A DNA stretch of 64,000 bases. Origin: Eledone cirrhosa. Its lineage: Eukaryota. The translations under genes and the position numbers were made by a program. Below are positions 41,945 to 57,300 of the stretch, one piece after another. Where the stretch lies: assembly GCA_964016885.1 (NCBI GenBank), contig OZ024764.1, positions 1,984,001-2,048,000 of the forward strand, read 5' to 3'. Every line of letters starts with the position of its first letter. The first letter of the stretch is position 1. A model generated the notes under the pieces. It saw only the letters and a program-made list of their open reading frames with translations. It searched no databases and was not told where the DNA came from.

Positions 41945-44900
41945 TCATCATCATCATCATCATCAACGTTTAACGTCCGTGTTCCACGCTTGCATGGGTT
42001 TGGACAGGGGTAGTCCCACTTGAGGCAAGAGTGATTGTCTTGCTCGCATAGGACTGTCTGGCAGGTTTTCTACAGTTGGATGCCCTTCCTAACACCAACC
42101 ACATTTACAGTGTGGGTCTGGGAGGTTTTTACCGTGTTGCCTACACGGCCACATTACAGCGTGGACTGTGTGTTTTTTTGTCGTGACACCTACACGATCT
42201 CGTTTGTTTCGGCCTGGATGGCGCGGCACCAACATAACTTTACATGGAACGGGGTGGTGTGGATGGGGTGGGGGTGGTGGCGGGACGGGGTGTAGTTTGT
42301 TAGAGATGCCTACTGGCAAGGCGGGTCTTCTCTGTTACTGAGTACCGCCAAAGGTCACGGTCCAGTGACATTGTCTTGGAGAGGTGTAAGTGTGTGAGGT
42401 CGGAGTTTATCAGCTCATCCCATGTTTTTCTAGGTCTGCCTATTCCGTGGCTACCGTCTATCTTTATTGCCCTGCACTTTGTAATACAGCTATCGACTTT
42501 CATGCGCATCACGTGTCCATACCAACGCAGCCTTCTCTCGAGTAAACAACATCTGATCCCTCTTATCTCTAATTTTTTCCTTAGTTCGTTTATGCTTTGC
42601 CGTTCACGTATATTACTGTTACACATCCAGCGGAGCATGCAAGCTTCGTTCCTCTCTAGTCTGCGTATATCCTCTGCACACAATGCCCAGGTCTCACTAC
42701 CATGCAACATTGCTGTTCGTATGCAGGCATCGTACAACCTGCCTTTCATTTTTAGGGAGAACCCTTTAGCAGCTAATAGTGGTATAAGCTCTCTGAACTT
42801 TTTCCAACCAGTTCTGACTCTAGCTACAGTACTTTCAGAGCACCCTCCCCCACTGCTGATTTTATCGCCCAGGTAACGGAAGCTGTCCACTATTTCTATA
42901 GAACCCTCTGCGCAATTGAAAGAGCTAGTATTTTGTGGGCACTTGCTGCTACTTATTGCACCAGAACACCGGCCACATGTAAAGTCTATGTTCTTAGTTA
43001 GCTTACCTGTGATCCCACTACATCTTTTATGCACCCATACTTTGCATTTAGGACATAAGATGGAGTTTCTACCTACGCCTTTCCTACATACCGAGCACGA
43101 CCATTTCCCAGAAGGGACCGCCGCCTTGTTTTCTTTCCTACAAACTAGAACTTTGGTCTTAGCCAGGTTAATTTTAAGTCCTTTTGACTCTAGGCCGTGC
43201 TTCCATGTTTGGAATTTCTTCTCTAGCTCGGCCATTGATTCCGCTATGAGTGTCAGGTCGTCTGCGTATAGGAGTTCCCATGGGCAGCCTGTCTTGAACG
43301 CCTCTGTTATAGCCTGAAGGGCAATAATAAATAGTAGGGGGCTGAGAACAGAGCCCTGATGGACGCCAACTTTTACGCTAAACTCTTCACTATATTCGTT
43401 GTTAATTCTAACCTTGCTGACTGTTTCTTTATACATGGCTTGTATAGCCCTCACAAGCCATTCGTCAACGCCTAGTTTTCTAAGAGCCCACCAGATAATG
43501 GAGCGGGGGACTCTGTCGAAGGCTTTCTCCAGGTCGACAAAAGCTAAGTAGAGGGGTTTACCTTTAGCTAGGTACTTCTCCTGTAGTTGTCGTACTATGA
43601 AAAGAGCGTCTGTGGTGCTTTTGCCTGACACAAACCCGAACTGCATTTCATCTAGGTCAATTCTCTCTCTGATTAGTTGCGCTATTACTTTTTCCATGAC
43701 CTTCATGACCTGGTCGATTAATTTAATGCCTCTATAGTTACTCCTATCTAGGGCGTCTCCTTTACCCTTATAACAGTTAACGATGATGCTGCTATGCCAG
43801 TCCTTCGGAACAACCCCATTCTGTACGACTTGGTTAACTATGCGGGTGACCATGGTGTGTCCCACCGTGCCAGATGCCTTCAGCATCTCAGCAACTATTT
43901 CCGAAGGCCCAGCCGCCTTACCAGTCTTCATATCCTTGATTGCCTTACTTATTATACTCCCCTCGACTAACACTGCTGGTCCCTCTATCGGGTCGATATG
44001 GGGGAGACTGTCTTTCTCCCATTTATTCTCCTCATTTAGTAGCCTTTCATAGTGACACTTCCAAGCTACCTTCTTATCAGTGTCGGTGATGGCAAGTATG
44101 CCATCATCGTTAAGTACACACTTCTCCCCGACAATATCACGGTTTTCCTTGACGCATTGCCTGGCAATCCTGAACACCTCACGTTTTTGGTCATCGCGTT
44201 GTAGAACATGCTTGAACTTTCTTTCCTCAGCTTCCCTTCTTGCTAAGTACACTTCTCTCCTAGCTTCCCTCCTGGCCACTTGATAGTCTACTCTACTTCC
44301 TCCATCCCGCCATACTTTCCAAGCCTGCTTTTTGGCCTTAATTGACCCCTCCACCCTATTGTTCCACCACCATGTTACTCTCCTCCTGCCTACAGGCCTG
44401 CTCCAGCCACAGACCTCGTCTGTCGCCAACAGCAGGTTTGCTTTCAGAAATTTCCACTGTCCCTCTATATTGTCCGATTCTAGATGCTCTTCCTTACTGT
44501 CGAAAGCATCAAGTAATATGCTTTGAAATTTATTTCTGGCTGTGGGGTCCTTTAGTTTCCATATTTTCCTCCTGAGGATAGTCCTCTTCTGCTGTCGGGT
44601 ACGTCTCGTCCTGACTATGAGGTCGCTAATTATCAGTCTATGTTGGGAGGTGCATTCTTCATGGGGGAGGGATTTAGTGTTTACAACAGACACTCTGTCA
44701 CGTCTTCTGGTAAGGATATAATCTACCTGGCTTGTGTGTTCCCCGGATCTATAGGTAATCAGGTGATTGTCACGTTTTTTGAAGTTAGTGTTACAGATAG
44801 TTAGGTTATTTGCATCACAGTATTCCAGGATTCTGGAGCCTTCCTCATTTCTAGTACCAAACCCATAGCCTCCATGGATTTCGTCGTAGCCGTCACAATG

Positions 44901-45425
44901 TTGTCCAACGTGACCATTTAGGTCGCCTGCAATAATTATATAGTCACTGTCAGATATTTGGGAGGTAGTTAGCAACAGTGTCTCATAGAATCTGTCTTTT
45001 ATAGTGCCGGGCAGTCCGGATTGGGGTGCGTATGCAGATATTACTGTCACCGTAGTTCTATTGAGGACAAGTCTTATTTTAATTATTCTGTCGTTCACTC
45101 TATTTACGTCTATTATCTTATCTGCCCACTTTTCTGCTACCATGATTCCTACTCCACCCAGCCCATCGTCGTTTCCCACCCAAAAAAGTTTATAACATCG
45201 TTTTTTACCCTCAATGAATCTAGCAGACCCACCCCTCCAACTGGTCTCTTGAATACAACAAACATCGACCTCCTTACGTTCAAGCATTTCTACAACCTCG
45301 TTAGCGCGACCCTTTAGGGTGCCTACATTTATGGTACCAACTCTGAAGTTTTGGGTTGCGTTTGGAGGGTGGGGGTGGTGGGGGGCGGGAGGAGATAGGG
45401 TTATGTTAGCCATCCGCGGACGAAA
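41945..45425 (-). mobile_element. RTE-clade LINE family A, complete ORF, 5' UTR missing
   Basis: Single ORF, ~350-nt 3' UTR, (GAT)n tail. Confidence 0.95.
42300..45413 (-). CDS. RTE ORF: AP endonuclease + reverse transcriptase + PHD-type zinc finger (~1037 aa)
   Basis: APE motifs TINVGTL, CCIQET, SAYAPQ, GDLNGH, VDYIL, SQHRL; RT motifs [27 protein letters not shown] (43257-43268), YLG; C4HC3 at 42966-43103; no stops. Start Met inferred. Confidence 0.93.
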   Translation of the reverse strand: MANITLSPPAPHHPHPPNATQNFRVGTINVGTLKGRANEVVEMLERKEVDVCCIQETSWRGGSARFIEGKKRCYKLFWVGNDDGLGGVGIMVAEKWADKIIDVNRVNDRIIKIRLVLNRTTVTVISAYAPQSGLPGTIKDRFYETLLLTTSQISDSDYIIIAGDLNGHVGQHCDGYDEIHGGYGFGTRNEEGSRILEYCDANNLTICNTNFKKRDNHLITYRSGEHTSQVDYILTRRRDRVSVVNTKSLPHEECTSQHRLIISDLIVRTRRTRQQKRTILRRKIWKLKDPTARNKFQSILLDAFDSKEEHLESDNIEGQWKFLKANLLLATDEVCGWSRPVGRRRVTWWWNNRVEGSIKAKKQAWKVWRDGGSRVDYQVARREARREVYLARREAEERKFKHVLQRDDQKREVFRIARQCVKENRDIVGEKCVLNDDGILAITDTDKKVAWKCHYERLLNEENKWEKDSLPHIDPIEGPAVLVEGSIISKAIKDMKTGKAAGPSEIVAEMLKASGTVGHTMVTRIVNQVVQNGVVPKDWHSSIIVNCYKGKGDALDRSNYRGIKLIDQVMKVMEKVIAQLIRERIDLDEMQFGFVSGKSTTDALFIVRQLQEKYLAKGKPLYLAFVDLEKAFDRVPRSIIWWALRKLGVDEWLVRAIQAMYKETVSKVRINNEYSEEFSVKVGVHQGSVLSPLLFIIALQAITEAFKTGCPWELLYADDLTLIAESMAELEKKFQTWKHGLESKGLKINLAKTKVLVCRKENKAAVPSGKWSCSVCRKGVGRNSILCPKCKVWVHKRCSGITGKLTKNIDFTCGRCSGAISSSKCPQNTSSFNCAEGSIEIVDSFRYLGDKISSGGGCSESTVARVRTGWKKFRELIPLLAAKGFSLKMKGRLYDACIRTAMLHGSETWALCAEDIRRLERNEACMLRWMCNSNIRERQSINELRKKLEIRGIRCCLLERRLRWYGHVMRMKVDSCITKCRAIKIDGSHGIGRPRKTWDELINSDLTHLHLSKTMSLDRDLWRYSVTEKTRLASRHL

Positions 45426-46989
<1,564 letters not shown>

Positions 46990-48345
46990 TTGACACACTG
47001 CCTTGCAATGTGGAACACCGCACGCCTCTGATCTTCCCGTCGCAGAACATTGGCAAACCTCCTACTCTCTGCCTCCCTGCGTGCTAAGTACACCTGACGT
47101 CTAGCTTCTCTCTTAGTGGCTGTATATTCTTCCCTACTCCCACCCTTATTCCAAGCCTTCCATGCTAGTCTTTTGTCTCTAATGGCCTTATCTACACTGC
47201 TGTTCCACCACCAGGTCACTCTCTGTCTGGTTGGAGCTCTGCTCCAGCCACAGGTTTCATCAGTAGCCTTCAGCAAGTTGTCACGTAAGAACTTCCAGTT
47301 ATTATCTATGTCATACGTCTCTAAATCGTCTTCTTTTTCGTCATATACATCTTGAAGGGCTTTCCTAAATTTGAATTTTAGTGAAAGGTCTTTTAGCTTC
47401 CAGACCTTTCTTCTCCACACCTTCCTATATGTCTCATTCCATCTCTTGCTTACTGAGATATCACTAACAACTAACCTATGCTGTGGGGTACATTCTTCCC
47501 CAGGGTATGCCTTGGTATTAGACACTATCTGCCTGTCCCGCTGCCTAACTAGCAGGAAGTCAATCTGGCTTATGTGCTCACCAGATTTGTAGGTTATTAG
47601 GTGATTGGCAGGTTTCTGGAAGTTTGTGTTGCAAATAGTCAATGTACTTGCATCACAAAATTCAAGAAGTCTCACTCCTTCTTCATTTCTTGAACCGTAA
47701 CCGTGCCCACCATGTACCCCAGTGTAACCATCCTGGAGCTGTCCAACATGACCATTGAAGTCTCCTGCTAGCATAACGATGTCTCCGTCCTCTGTCATTG
47801 TGGTTGTTTGCAAAAGTTGCTCATAAAAGCAGTCTTTCTCATCTTTGCCTAGGCCTGCTTGGGGAGCATAGACCGAGATGATTGTCAGTAGTCTCCTACC
47901 TACAACTAATCTAAGCTTAATTATTCGATTACTAACTCGAACTACCTCTATTGTCTTATTGATCCATTTCTCAGCCAGGAAAATGCCTACTCCCCCTAAC
48001 CCATCATCCTTACCTACCCAGAATAGCTTATAGCTAAGACGCTTGCCTACGACTAGTCTCGCAGAGGCACCCCTCCATCTCACCTCTTGCACGCAGCACA
48101 CATCCACCTGCCTTCTCTCCAGCATCTCCGCTATTTCAGCAGACCTACCTCTGAGAGTGCCAACATTAAGTGTTGCAACTCTGAGATGCGACGTCTTCAT
48201 ATTTTTCTATGCTGTTTTGTTGCTGTGCTGATAAGCTTTTTGGCATTGATACACTGGTTGGATGCCCTTCCTAACACCAGCGCCACTTTACAGCATGGAC
48301 TGGGTGCTTTTATTTGTGCCACCAGCACTAGAGAGGATGTCTTAC
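46990..48345 (-). mobile_element. RTE family B 5' part: 5' UTR plus APE domain (ORF 48200 to 46990), 3'-truncated
   Basis: [45 protein letters not shown], uninterrupted. Pairing with the family B 3' ends is inferred. Confidence 0.9.
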
Positions 48346-49265
48346 TAGACTCAAGGGCCCTCTCTACCCCTCCATTTTACAGCATGGTCATTAAAAAAAA
48401 AAAAGGAAACTTATTGACACGACTCACACACTAATACTCATGCATACAAACCACAACCACACATACCAACACTCATTCATGCATACAATCACGCACACCA
48501 CTCACAAACATATATATATATACATATATTACCGACAGTACCGATACAAAATCAAAATCAAAGTCAAAGTCGTCAAAATCACTATCATGTCAACTGTTGA
48601 CCTTTCCCAGTCCAGTTCGGCTTGTATATAATAACAATAACAATAATAATTGTTTGTTTATGCTGGTAATGGCGGTGGTGGATGGTGTCAGTGTGGTGGT
48701 GGTGGATGGTGTCAGTGATGGTGGTGGCAGTTGTTGGTGCTGTAGTTGTTATTGTAGTTGTTACTGTTGTTGTTGTCCTTCATTTCACTGCTGCTGTTGC
48801 TGCAGACAATGGTGTTGATGCTGTTATTGCTGTCGCATATATACAAATACATACACACACATTCAACACAGACGATGGTGTTGTTGCTGTTGTTGTTGTT
48901 GTTGTTGCTGCTGTTGTTGTTGTAGTTGTTGCTGTGTTGAAATCTGGTCGCATCCACTGAGATATACATATACACACACATACACATATGTATATACACA
49001 TACATACATCAAAAGAGAGTCAGCAGTATGTCAACAAGGGACAGGACAGCGACCTTAGAGTAATGTGGTGATGGTGGAGAGCGAGTGTAGGCGTTATTGT
49101 TAGTGTGGTGACGGGGGGGGGGGTCAGTGAGATGTTACAAGTTCATAGATCACTTCTCTCTTTTCCTCTCTCTTCAAAATTTTGAATTGATGGCCTTTTG
49201 CAATGGCGGACAAGTATATATAATATATATATATGAAGCAAAGAAAAGAAAATTTTCACTGATAT

Positions 49266-49560
49266 GAAAGATTTCCTGGTAGAAGTTCAGGTGTATTCAG
49301 TAATTGGTATCCAGTTTCGGGGTATCCAATTAGAAAATCCAACGAATCTTTAAGAGGGGTCCACGCAACCATTGATATATATATCTATATATGTAAAATG
49401 CAAGCAGAAATGACAACGAAAGATTTCCTGGTAGAAGTTCAGGTGTATTCAGTGTTGGTATCCAGTGTTAGGGTATCCAATTAGAAAATCCAACGAATTT
49501 TTGAGAGAGGGGTCCACGCAAGCATATATATAGATATATGCAAAATGCAAGCAGAAATAA
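49266..49560. repeat. Two-copy ~152-bp direct repeat
   Basis: gaaagatttcctggtagaagttcaggtgtattcagt at ~49266 and ~49418. Confidence 0.8.
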
Positions 49561-49789
49561 CAACACATATACTAATGAACATACATACATACATACATTA
49601 AACACAGAGGGACTGTAAATGATAATAGCAATATCTAGATATAAATATATAAATGTACATATCTCTATTGGTCTCATAAATTTTTAAATTTTCTCTTTCC
49701 TCTTGTGTGTGTGTAGCAACACGTGGTTGTGTGTTGCTGCTGACTCTAGCAGAGCCCAAGAAAACACGTCTTGCCCTAACAGATGCTGC

Positions 49790-50643
49790 TCCCTGTCAGG
49801 GAAATGGCCATGTTCGATATGCAGAAAAGGAACTGGCATAAATTCTATAAAATGCACACAATGTAGGTCCTGGGTACACAAGAGATGTAGCGGGATAGCA
49901 GGCAAACTAACAGGTAGGGAGAAATATGTATGCAGTAGATGTACAGGGAAATTAGACAGTAGAAGTCGCACTGATAGACACATTTTTCAAATGCGAGAGG
50001 GCGCTATAGAAGTGGTGGATAGCTTCCGGTACCTAGGAGATCAGATTAGCATGGGAGGAGGGTGTTCCGAGGCCATAGTATCTAGAATAAGGACGGGTTG
50101 GAAGAAGTTTAGGGAGCTGCTTCCTCTGTTGACGAAGAAGGGTTTCTCCCTGCGTACGAAAGGCCGGTTGTATGGTGCTTGTGTGAGGAGCGTGATACTG
50201 CATGGTAGTGAGACATGGGCAGCTACCGCAGAAGATATGCGACGGCTGGAGAGAAATGAGGCAAGCATGCTCCGTTGGATGTGCAGTGTAAATGTGCGTG
50301 AACGACCCAGCATAAATGTGTTGAGAGAGAAACTGTGTCTGAGAGGGATAGAATGTAGTGTACGGGAGAGGAGACTGAGGTGGTATGGACATGTGATGCG
50401 CATGGAGGATGACCGATGGGTGAAGAAGTGCCAGGAAATGCCAGTTGAAGGAAGACGTGGTAGAGGTAGACCACGAAAAACATGGGCGGAGGTGGTGAGA
50501 ACAGACCTCAGATCATTGAAGCTCACGGTGGAGATGACGAGGGACCGTGACGAGTGGAGAGATGCTGTGCTGAATAAGACCCGTCCCACCCTTGCAAGCA
50601 GGGAAAAGCGGACGTAAAATGATGATGATGATGATGATGATGA
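49790..50643 (+). mobile_element. RTE family B 3' part (PHD finger + C-terminus, stop 50617, (GAT)n tail)
   Basis: [64 protein letters not shown]. Confidence 0.93.
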
Positions 50644-50693
50644 TACATACATGTATGTATATATATATATATATATACATACATACATGTATG

Positions 50694-50724
<31 letters not shown>

Positions 50725-50886
50725 ATATATATATGTATATATATATATGTTGTTCAGTAGATAAACAGACGTAAAACTACGATTTGTATTCCTTAGTATT
50801 TTCTCAGTAATAAATCAATCGGAGTTTTAGTATAAGAGACGGGTTTATTGTACATCTTTATTTTACTACAGAATTCCATTACACGG

Positions 50887-50940
<54 letters not shown>

Positions 50941-52164
50941 CCGTATAATGGAATTTTATACCTTTCATTTATATATATATAAGGGATTTTTTTCTTTTGG
51001 CGAGACATAGATATAAAAGGGTTTCTGGCTTTAGTACACCTTTAAGCTTTAATTTCGATATATATATATATTATCATGTATGCGCAACCTTTGGTTTCGG
51101 GGTCCAGTTGTGGCCACCACTGTCTAGGATTGGCTGCTCACCCACTTTCGTTACTTAATTGTAATTAAATTATATAATTAAATCGAAATTTATTTAATAA
51201 ACTTTATTCCATATTAATTGAACTAATTAAAAAATTTCACTGCGAAAATACGAAAACGTGACTGAGAATGTGTGGCTAACTTTGCAAGGTAGCACGTGTT
51301 GTGCAGAAGGCCGGGAATTTTGAGTTTGACGGAACATAAAACCTTATTTTCTATATTAACAATGTCTTATCTAACTAATATTATTAACTAATTAATATAT
51401 ATATATATATAGAGAGAGAGAGGAATTAATTATAGAAATAAGGGAAGGTAAAAATTCCCAACGTGACAAGACACACCCCCAATTACACATTGTTACAGAA
51501 AATATTAGGGTTCCCTTCTAAATATTTTTAATGGCAAGCCAAAACATTGACGACTTTGCTGCAGCTAACAGTGGAACTAAGGTACTGTAATATGTTCATT
51601 TATTAGTATTGTGTAATATTCCCAGCTTTGTAGCTTTCGAGGGAGTCGGGTCGCTGACTGCGAGTTTCCTCTGCACTGGCGGCTCCCCTAATGGAGGTAA
51701 CTGGTGAATCTCTCCAGGGTACTTGGTTGTTCCAGCACCTCAGCCTCGCCTAACAGAGGTAACTGGTGAATCTCTCCAGGGTACTTGGTTGTTCCAGTAC
51801 CTAAGCCTCGCCATCACCCGAGGTAACACTGCCAGTGTGCTGGCTTGCCTCAGAAATCATTAGAGAGGTTGCCCAGTGCCCCTCGTTGCTGTCTTTTGCT
51901 CTGGTGTTGGCTCCGTTGTTCACCCCTTCCTTAATATTTTCTTTAATATTGCAACATTAAAAGAATATATCCTCCTGACAGAATCGCGAGCAATTTATAA
52001 TGTTGTCTAAGTATTTGTAATATTATTTATGTATATATTTAAAACATTATATACTTTGTAATATTATTTATGTATATATTTAAAACATTATATACTTTGT
52101 ATATATCATGTGTTTATATTTCACTCCCATTTGTAAAGTTATTTAATATATAACTAATAAAACT

Positions 52165-52630
52165 TTAGACATTACAACTAACTTTACAAATGGGAGCCCG
52201 ACTCCCCCAAGACCCATTGTGTAATATTTTAGTAAAACCAGCCCCCAACAACGATAGAAGTTCGTTGTCAGCCCCAGATACTACAAACTTCTTCAATACA
52301 AATGTAAAGTTGGTGTCATTTATCTTTACCCTTGGTTTCATGTGGTGATATTTGTCTAGGGTCTTTAATAACATGTATCTTAGCTTTATGGTGTGTTTTT
52401 GTGGTCCTGGGTGGAATAATTTTCTCAGAAATTCGTTTCTCCGTCTCATGTCAGACTAACGAAGCTGTTTTGTTTGTTCATAGATGTTCCAGCCGTGACC
52501 ACCTCGTGTTTAGTATATCTGACATTATATAGAGTGTAATTTGAGGGAGATATAGCTACTATGTTTAGCAATGAGAGGCTACCACCATATGTAGATTTAG
52601 TTCCCCCACAACTGTATTTATTTAACACTC
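52165..52630 (-). pseudogene. Possible decayed CUB + Sushi/CCP coding fragment
   Basis: YSCGG..GGSLSL..SPSNY (CUB-like start) and NFTF..LLGAGFTK.LHNGSWGSRAPICK (Sushi-like end), with frameshift/stops and missing cysteines. Confidence 0.3.
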
Positions 52631-52720
52631 CTTAACTAATGTAAGCAAAACGGGGATATTTTTAACACCTCGTGTTAGGGGGAAATTTAGGTTTTTTTCT
52701 AAGGTTTTCTCAGTGTGTGA

Positions 52721-52772
<52 letters not shown>

Positions 52773-52819
52773 AATGAATAATAAGAGGTAACATCATACA
52801 AAGGTAATTTAATCCGAGA

Positions 52820-52928
52820 GCTTACAAATGCTTCAACAGTAGTTATACAGCGTAGTCATTAATAATAAATAATTATTTGATTGCAGAAACTCAATTTTCA
52901 AATGCTGCGACTACCATTTTCTCAGAGC
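52820..52928 (-). ncRNA. Degenerate hammerhead related to 26627-26673
   Basis: gct-CTGAGAA..[long stem II]..GAAGC-attt-GTA-agc; core changes present. Confidence 0.35.
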
Positions 52929-52962
52929 AGAATGTATGTATGTATATATATATATATATATA

Positions 52963-53210
52963 TGTTTTTCTGGGTCTACCTACTTCGTAGCTTCCATCAA
53001 TTTTGATCGCCCTGCAATTTTTTTTTATACACCTGGCATCACGTGACCATACCAACGTAGTCTTCTCTCAAGTAAACAGCATCTGATCCCTCTTATTCCT
53101 AATTTCTTAGTTCATTTATGTTTTGCCGTTCATTACACAAACAATGGAGCATGCAAGCTTCGTTCCTCTCCAGACTGTGCAGGTCCTCTGCACACAATGC
53201 CCATGTCTCC
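52963..53210 (-). mobile_element. Degraded RTE family A fragment
   Basis: Colinear with 42424-42696, with deletions. Confidence 0.75.
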
Positions 53211-53659
53211 TGAGAGGGTCGAGGAAGCAGACTCCTCAAACACTTCTTCCAGCAGGTCTAAGAGTTGTTTTATGGATATCTATATATATACATATAGATA
53301 TATATGTAAATATATATATAGATATATATGTGTGTGTGTATATATAAATTGGCCTTAGATAATTGTTGCTAAATATTATCTAAAAGTGTTGTAAATTAAT
53401 TTCAGTTTTTAAAGCACTTTAACCCTCGGTATGTTCGTTCTACGGGGTTACGTCACATATGAGGTTTGTCAGGTGTTTTAACAAAAGGGCCGGCAGTCTG
53501 GTTACTCACCAACACTACCCCTCCACATACAATAACATCTCTCTCTCTTTATATATATATAAACTAGTCTTAAATAACCAGGTGGGTCAGGCCATTATAA
53601 CGTGGAATCTTAGTTTATGTTGATGTATTCTGGGTAAACCTTTTGTTTTTAGTTCCCGT

Positions 53660-53886
53660 CATTAGAGGTAGGTGGGTTCAATTCCTGGACTGGGTTGTGT
53701 GTTGTGTTCTTGAGAAAACATTTTATTTCACGATGCTCCAGTATACTCAACTGTAGGTGGGGGTTTACCCCTGCGATGGACTAGCGCCCTGTCCAGGAGG
53801 TAGTCTTATATTCTTAGGTGTTTCATGCCATGGAAACCGGGGTAAGGACCGGCGTGATGAGTCCTCGAGCTTGGGACAGACTTTAG
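53660..53886 (+). mobile_element. tRNA-derived SINE, third family (inverted fragment at ~55345-55470)
   Basis: GGTTCAATTCC B box, CORE-like block, cctgcgatggactagcgccctgtccagg, ttcatgccatggaaaccgg tail. Confidence 0.7.
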
Positions 53887-53994
53887 ATATCATCAACCAT
53901 TTGAACAGCCTTTTTTTTCTCAGACACCACCACTCGGGGTACCGTATTTCTAATGGAATACACAGCCCATGTGCCTCAATATTGAATAATTTAA

Positions 53995-54338
53995 TTGTTT
54001 CTACTTTAGGCACAAGGCCAGCAATTATCTTGTGCATTACTGGTACTTTATTTTATCGACCCCGTAAGGATGAAAGGCAAAGTTAACCTCGGCGGGATTT
54101 GAACTCAGATCGTAAAAAGAATAATTTAATGATTTCTACTTTAGGCACAAGGCTAATAATTTGGGGTGTGGGGGAAGTCGATTAAATCAATCTCAGTACA
54201 TTACTGGTACTTTATTTATCGACTACATAAGGATGAAAGGCAAAGCTAACCTCGGCGAGATTTAAATTCAGACTGTAAAGGGCCGTAACTCTGCCGTAAA
54301 GCATATTGTCCGACGCTCTACCGATACTGCCAGTCCAC
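53995..54338 (-). mobile_element. Two tandem SINE S2 copies
   Basis: 53995-54115 and 54130-54338 match 7276-7463. Confidence 0.82.
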
Positions 54339-57300
54339 AAGGAATTTAATAATAAAGCCACCTGACTATCGTTAACCTGTTGTGTGTAGGTCATTTAATA
54401 TGGATGGAGATCACCTTTGTTCTTCCTCTACCAGATCCAGCTGGAACTCCTCTGCTATAGTCTTTAGTACTTTGGTCTGTTCCACCCAGTTACTCAGAGA
54501 TATTTCATGAGATTGTAGGCAGATATTTCTACCAACCCCCTCCCTCCAGCCTGTGGGGTGAGGACTGTGACTGGGAAACCTACTTTTTAAAGAACTTTCT
54601 CTCTCCTGTATGTCTGTCATTCTCGTAATCATAGCTGTTAACAGATCGATATCGATTAACGGCATGACAACCTTCCCGCTCCGTAAGGGTAGGCCCTTCG
54701 TAAGGGTAGGATGTCATACGTTCTGACATTTTCTCAAGTGACAACATTGTGTGCTCAGTGACCAGCCCAGGCTTTGCTGCTCGTCATGTCAAAGTATCGG
54801 CCACCCTTTCATATGTTTGGCAAGGCTATCGGAGCGGAGTTAGCTACCCACAAGTGTGAGGGCAGTGGCTGTTTCCGTATGTCGCCCTTGCCATCCTCCC
54901 TAGCTCCAGAACCACAAGACAGACTGACCCTTAAGTTTCATCTATGGTGCGGGCATGTAGAATATATTTATTTAAGCACTGTTGTTATTTTAATAAAAAA
55001 TGAAAAACCTATGTGTTTGTTTTTTATTCACTAAAAAATGTTGAAAATAAACAATAAAATGCAGGGATTTAATAATAAAATTCAACATGTTTCTTTTTTT
55101 ATTCACAGGAAATATATTTAATGTATTTTGTTTTAAAACTCTTCCTAGTTTTCCCTGTAGCAGCTCTGTTGTCTTCAGCAAATATTTCGGTGTATTTAAA
55201 TGTTTCTTTCAAGATTGAGATCAAAGACCGTAAATTGTTGATTCAATTCTTCAGCAGTGCTAAATATTTTCTGAAACTGTAATCACCATTTAATATTGTT
55301 AATTAGTCGGCGATTGTCTTGTTGCCTTAAATCCCCAAAGTATGTGGAGGTTCTCTGATCTGTCGCTTATCCCATAAAGCGAATGAGAGTACAGGACTCC
55401 CTCCTGGACAGGCCGCTAGTCCATCACAGGGTTAAACCCCCACCTATTACTGGTATTCATGTTCAGCTGAATTATAATTTTGATAAAAAAAAAATTAATA
55501 TATGCAGACGGAACAAAGGGAAGTAATTCTCGATTCAAATATTTTTTTCATAAGACAATTATTAATGCAATCTACGAAGACGGGGTTTTCGATGTCTGCC
55601 AACGGATTGTTTAGGGAGTTTAATTATGGGGGTTTATCGAAGTTCGATGGTGAACCTTTCTACAATTCAGGATCCTTTGATGTCTACAAGATATTGCGAT
55701 AGAAACGCAAGTTAGACGTTTAAAGACGTGAGTTTATTTCGCCATCATTAAGTCCCAGGTTCGATCACATCCCATTTGAAACTTGGTAGACAGAAACTGT
55801 ATAGAAGTCTGTCATCTGTAATTCAAATGGCCAGTCTTATAACACTGAATCTCCCTGAGAATTACATATGTTCATAATTAAGAGATTAAATTCTAGTGCT
55901 GTAACATGGCCAGGTTGTTTAGATGGTGCTGTAGCATGGCCAAGATACTTGGAACATGCTAATCTCGCGCTTGCGCATTCAACTCCTAAACAAGAAAAAA
56001 CAAATGGCCGTCAGCTTGTAGAATGTTACAAGCTTTACAGAAACTCTTGCTAAATGGTTTAGCAATGGACAATAGCAGCTTTCTGAAAGGTAACGTAGAT
56101 TTTTATATTATGTTGATCTTTCCCTCTTAGTCTCCTTCGTATGATCTACTATTTACACCTGCCTAGTTCTTCTCTTGTTAATGTATTCTTAATGAGATAC
56201 ACACTCACCTGTTTCAATACATTGCGGTTATACAGTATATTAAATTTATATTTTTTCTTAGTGTAGTTTTAAAATTGTTCCTACTTCTTCCTTTGTCTTT
56301 ATCAAATCCTTCTGTCGACTATTTCTCCCCATCACTGTGTGGTTGTCTTCCTCTCGAGATCTAACTCTCAGCAATCGAACGTGGTAGTTTCGATTGTTGA
56401 CTTGGGCAACTTTCCAAAAGCTACCCACCTCTTGCAATCTCCCCGAGGTACACACAATAAGTCCAGCTGTTCACCATCTATGTTTTAAACTCTCTTTCTC
56501 CCACTTGACTTTGTAGATGGGGGAAATCTTATCTTCCGTCTTGTAATGTCGTACATTTAATTCTATGCACAACAGTGTATGATGTGAAACTTCAGTAATT
56601 CATAATGGTGACAGTGTTGGACTTACGATCATAATGTGATAAATTCCATTCCTGGATCGTGTTGTGTTTTTGAGAAAAACACTTCATTTCACGTGGCTCC
56701 AGTATACTTAGCTGAGCCTGAGTACCAGCAGTATCTTGGGGTTTAACCCTGCCATAAACTGGCGTCCTAACCAATTTTCCCTTCAGTTTGTTTTCGTCTT
56801 AATAGTCCAAGAACAGTGTTGATTATTTTGTCAGACACTGGACCATTTGTACTTGTTGGTAATACATACACACTGGTTCTTCTCCAGTACCTCGGTGTCT
56901 ACTCTAATAGTTTACCTATTGTCTCTGAGGAGACGAGGTCAGCCCATCTGTTTGCCTTTCTTGATGGTCTCGATTAAGTTCATTGCTGTTGAATCCAGGT
57001 TTGTTGCTCTCTTCCTTTAATGATTTGCTCCACTGTGGTCTGGGCCGTGTCTCAATGTGCCGGTCCAGAATAGTCCCACTTAGCAATCGAACGTGGTAGT
57101 TTCTGACTTGGAGGACTTTTCCTTGTAATCTTTACGAAGTACACACAATAAGTCCAGCTGTTTTATCTTCTTGCCTCGTTAGACAAAACGAAATTCAGAC
57201 AGCCGGGGTTAATATCCCGTTAAAACAATATGTGTACGTTACACATACATATAAATAGCTTTTATTGTTTCAATTAATTAATTATGAACATCAATAATAA

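Noticed and set aside
48550-49220. Possible first exon or promoter of a neighbouring gene (Thr/Gln-rich frames, AATGGCGG YY1-like site)
   Set aside because: All frames are short, low-complexity and interrupted; no downstream exons found.
53820-53880. Hammerhead-like GAAAC...GTGATGAG in a SINE tail
   Set aside because: The core lacks CUGA and no consistent stem III or cleavage site could be built.
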